Positions 1-12,699 of a stretch of 64,000 nucleotides of DNA are shown here, piece by piece (position 1 is the stretch's first letter; each line of letters begins with the position of its first letter). Under the pieces are notes generated by a model. The model was not told the origin of the DNA. It was given only the letters and a program-made list of their open reading frames with translations, and did not search any database. A program made the position numbers and the translations under genes. This stretch comes from the human T2T-CHM13v2.0 reference genome, Homo sapiens. The DNA lies in assembly GCF_009914755.1 (NCBI RefSeq), contig NC_060945.1. One strand, given 5' to 3'.

Positions 1-1645
1 CAGATGGGTTTAGAAAGAGTGAAACTATGCACATCATATGAAATTTTCAATGCCAGAAGAAGCAATTCAACAAAATTGTTGCCATAAAATTTGTACTGGA
101 GCAAGATAGAACACCTGTTTAGTTATCAATTAATACCTTTTCATTATGTTTTGCCTGGCTTTCTGTCTCCTTTGCCTGGCTTTCTGTGCAATGATACCTG
201 GGCTAGGGTTATTTATGATTTGTAGCAAGGACGGCAATTAAGATTTATGCTTGTGGGGAAATGCTTGGCATCTCTGCTCTGTGAGAATAACACAAGGTAG
301 TGATCTTTCTAATCCTGCAGTGTGGAAGGGATGAACTTCTGTGAGAAAAGGAAAGATGACTCAGGAAGGGGAGAGCATTGTTAGGACTGAATTGTTGGGG
401 AAGATGGTAAAAAAGATGTTGGGAAATATCAACTGGAGGAGAGGTAAGTGGATAAAATAGAAACCCTTATTAGAATTAGGAGCTAATGGGAGGCCAGCAT
501 TTGCTTTGACAGAGGACAGGCAGGCCTTGCCTGGGAAAGTCTAGCTCCAGGATGGGCAGATGGTGGTGAGACTATCACGGCTGCCTCAAGCTCTGGTTAG
601 ATTCTTATTACTCAGTGCTCTTATATCAAGATGATTCTGGTGACAGTCCAACAAAGAGGTCACAGTTCACGTGGGATTAATTTAAAAGAGGCCACAATCC
701 TGCCTCATAGGGAGACGGACTATTTCTTAGGTTCACAGGATACCTTTCTTGACAACCAAACACCTTTAAAACAAGCACGGGGCTTGGGACATAGTCCACA
801 CGAACATCTCGAGGATTCTGGGCTGAGAAACAGCATATTTAAATCTCTCATCAAAAATGAAATTCAGAAAGCCCAGCGAGACAATATCCACTCTTTACTG
901 TAGAAAGAAAAAAATGCCCACATTTCTGGGAGGAAATTGCAGACCATCTGCTGCCCTGACGGCCACTCGGTGTACATTTCTCCCCTCCATCTCGGACACT
1001 GCACCCAGCCGTTGTGGACCTGAACTTGTGTCCTACCTTTGGTTTGCCCCTTCAGCAAACTGAGCAAACTAGAGAAATAAGGCAAACCAAGGAACAGCCC
1101 TAGATGTCTGTAAAGAGCCCAGCACGGGCTGCCCATGACCCTGGGGCTGGCAAGGCCCCATCCCCTCCATCAGAGTAGAAGCGGCTTCCAGCTTCCGGTG
1201 GGAACATATGTGCTTATACGACTTTATGTGTGGGGCTGTGTGATTCTGCCAAAGTGCTTGAATTTGGCACTTCTCCTGTGTCTGATTCCATCCCCTCCCC
1301 TCCCCCAATAAAAATGCACTTCCATAGGCTCTGCCTCTAATCTGCATAATAAGATTCAGTTTTACATGAACCATGTCCACGACCTCAGGGCCAGGCATCA
1401 GGGTGGCCGTCACCTAATCATGTTTCCCTAAGTGTGTTTCATGGGAGGTGAATATCCAAGGTCTTAAAAAGATGAGACCTATGCAAGGTCCAGTCAGCTT
1501 TGAAATGCACTGGCTTAGAGTTAACAGCAGTTTTGCTGCAGGACTTCTCAGGGCTTTTGATATGTTCATTGCAAACCCTCTAAAGAGTGAGAGTGCTTGC
1601 AGAATTTCTCCAAGTACATTTCACCCTAGAACCTTCTCTTCAGAG

Positions 1646-2284
<639 letters not shown>

Positions 2285-2384
2285 ATCCAGCATGTCTCAG
2301 GAGACTATTATTTCACAAAGTTGGTGTCATTTGAGATGCACAGGTAAGCACTCTTTCCTAAGGTTGGCTAATGTAATGTTGACT

Positions 2385-2870
2385 CATTAGTAAATATTTA
2401 GTAAGTGCCAACTGTGTGCAGGACAGTTTTCTAGGTGCTATGCAAATAGCTCTGAACCACACACTATGCCCTTGCCCTCATGGGACTTCAGTGAAGCATA
2501 TACTAAATCACACAACTAATTATTTGATAATTCTGGATGCTAAGACAGGGAAGCTTGACTGCACCCATGGGTCAGTGGAGGTTGCCCCTACTAAGTGACA
2601 TTTAAACAGAGACTTGGAAGATAGCTTGGCTTTAGCTAAACAGTGTGCAAAGAGAGGAACATGAGGTGGGACAACCACCATAGTTAGAGAAATAAAGGAT
2701 CAGTGGATTTGAAATACACAGAGCAGGACTCAGAGAGCACATTGTGAGATGAGTCTGGTCAGCAGGAACATACAGGCTGTTTGGGGTGAGTGCTGGATTC
2801 TATCTGAAAAGCAATGGGAAGCCTTGGAAGGTTGTACGCTTAGAGGGTGACATGATCCAACACGATTTTA
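2385..2870 (-). mobile_element. L2 LINE 3' fragment (probably continues about 3400-3550)
   Basis: 'taaatatttagtaagtgccaactgtgtgcaggacagttttctaggtgct...cccttgccctcatggg' and 'gcaatgggaagccttggaagg' resemble the reverse L2 3' end. Confidence 0.65.
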
Positions 2871-2879
2871 TAGAAATTA

Positions 2880-3380
2880 AATATGTCTTCAAGTTCTTTG
2901 CTGCTCTGCTCATTGAGATTTATAATTTAATTCCCCTCTCTCTTTGAATTCTGACTGGTCCTACTGACTTGCTTGACCAAGAGAATCTGGTGGATGTGAG
3001 GTCCTGAGATCTCCAAGTTCGGGTCCTTAGAAGCCTTGCAGTCCACCCCAGTCTTTGGGAGAACATTCTCTTGAAGCCCTGAAGTGTGACTACCCAGAAA
3101 GCACCATGCTAGAGATAGCATGTGGATGGGACACTTGGCAATGAGCTGAAGAGAAGCAAATATCAGCTCATGAATGACAATGACCTCTACAAATCCCCAA
3201 GTCAGATTTGCCGCGAGGAGAAAGAGATTTCTGTCTACTGGCCATTGGTGTCTACCCAGCAGAGGTCCTAGGCATCCTGGAGCAGACGGGAGTTGCTCCA
3301 CTGAGTCCTGTCCAAATCTCATGTTTACAAACATAGCCAATGGCAGTTTTAAGGGGATGTTTGTTATACAGCATGAGGAT
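2880..3380 (+). mobile_element. MLT1-family MaLR LTR (F/G/H-like)
   Basis: 'gacttgcttgaccaagagaat...ggtccttagaagccttgcag...ccactgagtcctgtccaaat...tgtttgttatacagca'. Confidence 0.6.
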
Positions 3381-5164
3381 GTCTGTTATATGTTATCAAA
3401 GGGTTTTGATAATCCCTCTGGCTGAAGTGTGGAGATGGACAAACTGCAAGGGAAGAAGGACATGTGTGGACAATAGTAACTGAACCAGAATGTGGCAGGA
3501 ATATGGAAGGCAGTGGCTGAGTGAAGACACACTGAGAGGTCACCCTGAAAACCCTCCCTGTCTTGGTAGGGAGGGGAGATTGTTGTTTTCTCCATTTCTG
3601 TTTTCTCCTCCTTCATTTTTTCTTTCCAGGTTCAAGAATTAAGACAGGAATCTTTAATCCTTGTCCCTTTACTGTCTTTCCCATATGTTTTCAAGTTGGC
3701 TCAAGAGTATTGGTGGCCACTTGACCAAGAGAGTAACAGATAGATGGCTGTGACAGATGGTGTGTAGTATGTGATGACGAAAATCTCTATTGATTCAGCC
3801 TCAGAAAGAATATTTGGGTTTATCTGAAAACTGCACATCATGGTCAAGTGGCTTAAAAATAAAATTAAGTTAGATAAAGATTAAAACATATACTCTCACC
3901 TCATTGTAGCTAATTAAAAGTCACTAAAATGTTTTAAATAGGAACAAACATTATTAATGGCAAATAGGGAAAAGTGTTCCCAAAAACCTAACTGACATTC
4001 CATTGGGTACATTTGTCTATGGTTTGTGCACCAAAGCAAAGCCACATCCCAGCACCACTTTGGAAAATACATATGGAATGCTGTTTCACTGGTTCATTTA
4101 ACAGTGATATTTTCATTTGTGTTTATCTATAGTGGTTTTATATTCCTAATTCTTAAAAAAAAGATTTTTTAAAAATTGTAACATCTAAGGCAAAATTAAA
4201 CAAGAGATTTCTCAGAAGTCTCTAAGAAAACCTTCTGTCCTGTGCCTCATTAATTCATCAATATAATGCAAATTAATTGCCACTGCATTAAAAAAAAATT
4301 GTTAGAATAGAGATCCGGATGTAAAAGTTGCCCTAGCATGCCGCACTGCTGAGACGAGCTATTACAGCCCACTTTTCCACTTCACTTTAGGGGGATCTGT
4401 AGCTACTAGTTCTTCTTTAGGAAGTAAAATTGGCTGCACCTGGGCATATTATTAGCTGCTCACCACAGGGAATCTCATGCTGATGGGCTATAATTTAGCA
4501 GAGAAGGAAAAAAAAAAAAGGCAATCCAATTAAAATGAAGCACATCACTTGGTGCCCATTTGCTGATTGCTTGTCAGAATCTATTATCTTGTATTTAACA
4601 AATATGGGATAATTAGAAAAGGAATGAGTATGAGACAATCAAAATTTGGGGAGCAAATCGTTATCCTTGCACAAAAGAAAAACTCTGAGTCCTCCTAATC
4701 CATCCTATCAAAGGAAAAAAGCACACCCATATATTCCCCTGTGAGATGCACAGATAATTTGAGAAGACTCCTGTCACCCAGTCCCACCCCAGTCCCAATC
4801 CTGGCACTGCCCCCGGGGGCCCAGCCTAAGGTGGCCTGTCCTGCTGAGTGCAGCCCCAGGCCTCAGTCATGAGGCCATGGAAGTCAGATGCAGTCATGGA
4901 AGTCATGGAAGAGAGATGCAGGCTGTAGACCACCCTAAGGGTTTTTTAGAGTCAAGAAATTTTTGTTTTGTTTTCCTTTTCATGTACTTGGTAAATTTAA
5001 ACAGGCTGACATCCTGATTTAAAACAAACAAACAAAAAATACCAGTAAGGTTTTGTTTAAAGGGTTTCTGGCTACTCCTTAACAATCAAGGTTGTTTTAA
5101 TTATAATGAAAAGCTACTTACAAACACCAAACTGTTGAGATTTTTTAAAAATTAGAAATCATTA

Positions 5165-5985
5165 AGATTGGCAAGTTCATGGGAAAAAAGACCTACTGTG
5201 TGAAATTTGGAACAACTTTTATGGAGGATAACTGGCCATGAGTTTCAATTGTTTGAAAAATGTGCTCACTCTTTGGTTCAGAAATTCTACCACCAAGATA
5301 TAGTCTGGAGGTAAAATTATATATGCACATAGATTTGATTAAACATGTTAATCACAGCCTGACATGTGACTGCAAATAAATGGTAACAGTTGTATGTCCA
5401 GTAACGGAAGTGCTGACTATCGTATGAGATGAGATGGAATACCATGCGGCCATTCTACATTCTTCCATGATGCAGAAGAATATTGCAGGTCGATGTGGTA
5501 TCAATGAAACAGGCACATGTTTCAGAAGAACATCAACAGGATTACATGATATACATTATGTATAAATTGCTGCATAAATTATGACTACCTGTGCATGCAT
5601 CTCTATATACACACACTTATGCCACATGTATAAATATATATTTATGTTTTTATTATATATTTTATATACATTATGTATATATGTATGCATGTGCACACAC
5701 ACACACGTTTTAAAAGTAGATGGGGGCCAGGCGTAGTGGCTCACGCCTGTAATCCCAACACTTTGGGAGGCCGAGGCGGGCAGATCACCTAAGGTCAGAA
5801 GTTTGAGACCAGCCTGACCAACATGGCGAAACCCCATCTCTACTAAAAATACAAAAATTAGCCAGGCATGGTGGCACACACCTGTAAACCCAGGAGAATG
5901 CCTTGAACCAGGAGGTGGAGGTTGCAGTGAGCCAAGATCATGCCATTGCACTCCAGTCTGGGCGACAGAGAGAGACTCTGTCTCA

Positions 5986-6017
<32 letters not shown>

Positions 6018-6135
6018 TTGATGGGAATATTATATACCAAAATGTTAACAGCAATTTTCTCTAAATGATGAATCTATGAATAATTTTTATCAGCTTTATT
6101 TTTTTTTAAAGTTCTGCTTTACTATTAAAATCTGA
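5165..6135 (+). mobile_element. Old L1M (L1ME/MC-like) 3' fragment interrupted by an Alu
   Basis: 'acaacttttatggaggataactggc...cagaaattctacc...atggaataccatgcggccatt...tataccaaaatgttaacagc'. Confidence 0.55.
5725..6016 (+). mobile_element. AluS with an internal deletion of about 21 bp in the right arm
   Basis: ggccaggcgtagtggctcacgcc...; 'cctgtaaacccaggagaat' lacks 'ctactcgggaggctgaggcag'; degenerate TSD aaaagtagatggg / aaaattgatggg. Confidence 0.93.
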
Positions 6136-6905
6136 AAAGAAAAAAAGAGCACTTTAAGAGTGATCTCTTCATCATTATCTTCAATGGCTCTGAAAAACAA
6201 AAAACGTGGTGGGTAAGAAAGTCAGACAACATGGCTAAATATTCCCCAACAAATTCGTACCCTTTCTTTCCGAGATCTTTCATTATTTTGAGTGGTGATA
6301 TTGCTTCCTAAGAGATTATGACACATCTTACATGCATGAGCTGCATTCATTTCAAACCTAAGAAAAGCAGGGTACCTCAGACCACAGCTAAGCTGGATGT
6401 ATTAAGTGGCCTGGGATGTGTAATAACATGCAGACAGATGGAGCTAAAGTCTTTCCTGGGCAGAGAGCTCTATATCAACAAACGTCAAAAATGTGATATG
6501 GGCAGTCTTTGCCTGTGTCCTGGGTCTTCGGCTCTATTAAAAAAAGAAAAAATATTTTAAATGCATATCATTAAAGGCCACGGGCAGATAATGTGCTTCC
6601 CTAGAACACCAGCCCAAGGACTCATGTGTGGCTGTCATGAAGTCTTCAAGAAAGCTCCCTTTCTGATAGAAATGATAACGTTTTGAAATCAAATCAAACA
6701 CACACACACACACATGCATACAAGATCCATGCAAACAACACAAGAGGCCTCGGTTATTATTTTTGAATTACCTTGTGTATGAGTCAGCTCCTGTTCTTGG
6801 TTGGAAGCAGAAATAACTGAACTTGTCTGACTTTAGCAGAAAGGGCTTCACTGAAAGGTTACTGAAGAAAGCACAGAATGACTGGGAAGTTTTTGACAAC
6901 TGCAG

Positions 6906-8129
<1,224 letters not shown>

Positions 8130-8262
8130 CAGAATGAGTCTTGAGTAAATGTTGCTGCTGCCATCACAGAACACCAGAGGCCACAATCTACCCCCTCCCA
8201 GCTCCTTCTAGGACCCGAGCAGGACACTGGAGATCCACTGGCTCCCAGGTACTGTAACTGAG

Positions 8263-8476
8263 ACTAGGGTTTCTCAAGCTTGGCGCTGTAGACATTTGGA
8301 GTCAGACAATTGTTTTTCGTGGGAACATTCTATGCATCATAGTATGCGTAAGCAGCACCCCTGGTCCTTGCACACTAAATGCCAGCAGCTCCCTCCCAGT
8401 CGTTATGGTTGAAACTGTCTGCTGACATTGCCATATGACTTCTGGGGTCAAACTTGTGCTCAGTTGAGGAGCACTG
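8263..8476 (+). mobile_element. MER20 (hAT-Charlie)
   Basis: 'gtttctcaagcttggcgctgtagacatttgg...cagcacccctggtcc...actaaatgccagcagc...gacattgcca...cagttgaggagcactg'. Confidence 0.85.
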
Positions 8477-10554
8477 ACTTAGAAGAAGCTAGGTCAGGTG
8501 TCCATAGAGTAGCTACAAGCACATCTAGAAATAGAGACTCTGCTGACTCAGATTCTGCAACTTCTTCCTTCCCACCAAAATTCCTACTGCAGAGCAATGC
8601 CAGACAGAGGACGGGTGTTCCAACGCGAAGCAGGCAAAACACCGGCACCCACCCACTTTGCAACACACTTGGGGCTTTTGTCAATATGGCTGCCTGGGTG
8701 AAGGTGAAGCCTCACGAACCATAGGAATTGTCAGGTCTGCTTTCTAAGGAGAACTTTATTCACTGACATTCTGGCTCCTGAATTAAGAGCTGTGCGGGAC
8801 TGATTAAAAAGGTGTCATTGTATTAAGAAATGAAAGCCTCGTGTTTCAATAAGCATCTCTGATAAGAAGAAAATTGCTAGTTAGTACACATGAAATCAAC
8901 AGGCTGCTTGATGCCTATCGAAATGTGTGCTCCGTTTTCAGAAAATCCAAACGAAGAAGGAATAAATACATTTTAAAATGTTACTGGGTAAAATCCACTG
9001 ATGAGCTCTCCGTGGTCTTTGCCTTTATGGAACTTCCACATGACATCCTCTAAAGGGGGAGGGCAGGAGGGGTGCTTGTTGCCGTGGCAGCAGGTGCGGT
9101 GTGGGGAATGGTCTCTAGCGCTGCATGGCAGCGCTGTCCTCACAGCAGCTGCCACCCTGCTTTCACCCTGATGGCCTGGGAGGCGGAGTTTCATGAGAGA
9201 GAAGCATGAATCTGCATCCAGAACATCTGGGTTTATTAGGCCTAGGATTTTTCTGCACATTTGTGCTTTGTCAAATAATATAATAAGTTCCTAAAAGTCA
9301 GAGGGTAGATATAAATTAATTGAAACAGGAGAGCACAACCCAAAACATGCTTTTACAGAGAACTCTGAGAAAAAAAAAAAAGTGGAGAAACAAAAGAGGC
9401 TCTCCAAGCTTCCAGACTGTGAGCTAGCGCAGAGACAATGATCAGAGAGATTGACTGGGAGAATGGAGAGGTGGCAGCTGGTCAGTTTGCTGCATCGCCG
9501 CCCCCCAGTCCTCATTCCTCCTTCTTATAGCAATCACAGGGCACTTGGCTGCAGAACTCAGGCAGGAGCAGCGCCTGGAGGTGGAAGGGACAACATGGCA
9601 GAAACTCAAGTGTCTACCAAGACCCAGGAAGAAGGGGAGAGACTTTGCAGCTCCTGGCATGACAGGCCTCGCAATCTGTCCTGCCTCTACCTCAGAATTA
9701 CTCGAAATAGGCTGAAGCAAGCAGTATGCCACTTAAACCCACCGGGTAAAAGGAAAGCTCAAATATAAAGATAAGCAATTTTAAAAAAAACAAAAGCAAC
9801 ACCATTAAAGTGAGGCATACACATTTAAAAAAAGTAGAGTAAATAGCATCTCATGAAGTGGGGTTAATATAACAAAAGGAAGTAAACTTTAAGTGAAGTA
9901 TAGCATTCTGAGATGAATGTCAGAGGATCCTTCTCCCATGAAACTATACCAGATTTATTATAATATGTGATATTTCTAAAATAAGAATAAAATATACACA
10001 TTTAATAATATTTATAAAACAATTATTGTTGACTTAATTGGAATATTTTTGATGATTACATTATTTTGAATTTAATTACTAAGGAACATTCCTCCAGCTA
10101 GACAGATTCAAAAAGATTAATATGTTGGGGTAATAGTTTTTCAACAAAATATAATTTACCTATTGTTACGCAGTTCATATTTCTCCATTTTGTTCACAAG
10201 CATGAAATAAAATATATCTATTCAACTATTCTAATATAAAATTAAGTTAATTCATGAAAAAGAAAGGAAATGGGTCCCTTTACATTATTCATTCTTAGTG
10301 AATCCACTCTGGCTTGAGTTGATTACTGCTTTAATATCTATGTATTAAGGTACTACAAAATAATCTGTTCTAGGAGTTTGTTTCGCCATTGCATCCACAG
10401 GCATTGTAAATACGCCGATCGATACTTTCTAGACTTAATGAATTCATATTTTTGGAAAGATAGAATTTGAATTGGAAAGCTTTTGAAAGAGAGCCCAGTC
10501 AAAAGATTTGAACAGACACTTGAACAGAGAAGATTTTAAGCATGTAAAGAAAAA

Positions 10555-11930
10555 AAAAAAGCTCAACATATTAGTAATTAAGGTAATATCATTTAAACCG
10601 TATGAGATAACACTATGAAATCTAGTAGAATGGCAAGAAAGGAGGAAAGGAAGAAAAAAGGAAAAAGAGAAAAAGAAGGAAAAGAAAAAGAAAGAGAGAG
10701 AGAAAGAGAGAGAAAAAAGAAAAAGAAAGAAAGAGAGAGAGAAAGAGAGAGAAAAAAGAAAAAGAAAGAAAGAGAGAAAGAGAAAAAAGAAAGAGAGAGA
10801 AAGAGAGAGAAAAAAGAAAAAGAAAGAAAGAGAGAGAGAAAGAGAGAGAAAAAAGAAAAAGAAAGAAAGAGAGAGAGAAAGAGAGAGAAAAAAGAAAAAG
10901 AAAGAAAGAGAGAAAGAGAGAGAAAAAAGAAAAAGAAAGAAAGAGAGAGAAAGAGAGAGAAAAAAGAAAAAGAAAGAAAGAGAGAAAGAGAGAGAAAAAA
11001 GAAAAAGAAAGAGAGAGAGAAAGAGAGAGAAAAAAGAAAAAGAAAGAAAGAGAAAGAGAGAGAAAAAAGAAAAAGAAAGAAAGAAAGAAAGAGAAAGAAA
11101 GAAAGGAGGGAGGGAGGGAGAGAAGAGGGAGGGGGAAGGGAGGGAAAGGAAAGGAAAAGAAAGGAAGGAAGGAAAAAGGGAAGGGAAGGGAGAGAGAGGG
11201 AGGGAGGGGAGGAAGGCAAGCAGGCAGGCAGGCAGGCAGGCAATACCAAATAATGGTGAGAATATAATGGAAAAAAAGAAAAGAAAAAAGAAGATTGAGT
11301 AAGGGAGGGAGGCAGGCAATACCAAATGATGGTGAGAATATGATGGAACAACTGGAACTCTCATATACTGCTAGTGAGAATTCCAAATAGATTAGCTATT
11401 TTGGAAAACAGTTTGACAGCTTTTTATAGAATTAAACACGTATTTATCATCCAATTCAGAAACACTACACTGTGTTCATATAAAAAATCTGTAAATGAAC
11501 GTTTCTACTGGTTGTATTCATGATGTCCCATCACTAAAAACAACCCAACAACCTCCCTTTCAGTAGGTGAGACAATAAACCGGGTTCCATTTATACAAGG
11601 GAATACGACTCAGCGTGCACTGATGCGTGTGACGACATTGATGGATCTCAGATGCATTATAAGTGAAAGAAGCCAGACTCAAAAGTTTGCATTTCTAGGA
11701 TTCCATTGATATGACATTCTAGAAAAAGCAAAATATAGAGACAGAAATCACAACAGTGGTTACTAAAGTTGGGAGACCAGGGATAAAAATGACAAAAAAG
11801 GGGCACCAGGAAAGTTTGGGTGTCCCACAGAAACATTATCTGATTGTAGTGTGACTCTAAGCATATGTTCAAAAGAAGAAATACACATTAAAAATAAATT
11901 TTATTACATGTAAATTATATCTTTATAACT
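10555..11930 (+). mobile_element. Old L1M (L1ME/MC-like) ORF2-end/3'UTR fragment split by a GA-rich array
   Basis: 'ctcaacatattagtaattaagg...tagaatggc' then 'caataccaaatgatggtgagaat...caactggaactctcatatactgctagtgagaat...ggatctcagatgcattataagtgaaagaagccagactc'. Confidence 0.75.
10635..11216. repeat. 582-nt uninterrupted polypurine (GA) minisatellite / low-complexity tract
   Basis: Only A and G between the C at 10634 and the C at 11217; recurring 29-37 bp unit built from gaaagagagaga-aaaaagaaaaa-gaaa. Confidence 0.95.
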
Positions 11931-12571
11931 ACAAAAAAACAAACAAAAAAACTACCGTGGGATAAGTGGAGCCCGAGATTTGAGATGAGCTCATAAAGAG
12001 TGATTTGGGGTGCTCTCCTCATACCAGGCATTCTCGTGAACTCCTCTCCACATTGTGTCTTTGGGTTTCATGACTACTATCACATGAGGTGAGATTTCAT
12101 TCTGAGGCAAACAGCAAGAAAACGGACATTTTAGGAAAGTATAAATTCCCAGTGACCTGACTGGAGAGGCTTGAGGATCACTGGTTCAAAGCTCCAGTGT
12201 ACAAAGCAATGCTGACTGGATGCCCTTTGCAGCCAGGCCAGGCCATGGCTGCTAAGCACCCTCTGACTTCTGCTTGGGGACCAGATGGGATGGCACCCAG
12301 AGAAGAGTGCTGTTTGCCAAAGTCATATAGTGCTTTCAGGACATGGTTCCACCAGACCCAGGTGTCCCCGTTCCTCTCTTAGGGAGCCACCCATTCATCT
12401 ATATCTCAATTTTGCACCAAGGGGAGTTCGTAAATTTATTTAGAGGCCATGTACAGAGATGGCCCCAAATGGCAAATCCAATTGAGCTGTTAAGAATTGC
12501 TGTTTTTGAGAGTCCAATGTACAAAGGGATGGATCAAGATGAAAATGTGAACTGGCACTGAATGAGGTCAT

Positions 12572-12699
12572 GGAAAAGAAAGAAAGAAAGAGAGAGAGAG
12601 AAGGGAGGGAGGGAGGGGGGAGGGGAAGGAAAGGAAGGAAGAAAAAAAGAAAGGAAGGAAGGAAAGAAAGGAGGGAGGGGAAAAAAGAGAGAGAGAGAA
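12572..12699. repeat. Polypurine (GGAA/GAAA/GGGA) low-complexity tract
   Basis: 128 nt of A/G only, including gggagggagggaggggggagggg. Confidence 0.9.

Noticed and set aside
150-187. 17-bp direct repeat tttgcctggctttctgt with period 21
   Set aside because: Ordinary small slippage duplication with no further structure.
9130-9150. AGCGCTGTCC resembling a REST/RE1 site
   Set aside because: Only one half-site. The TGGTGCTGA half is absent.
10444-11386. ORFs of 212-306 aa on both strands (K/R/E-rich or F/S/L-rich)
   Set aside because: A purine-only or pyrimidine-only strand cannot contain stop codons. The ORFs are artefacts of the GA array inside an L1 remnant.
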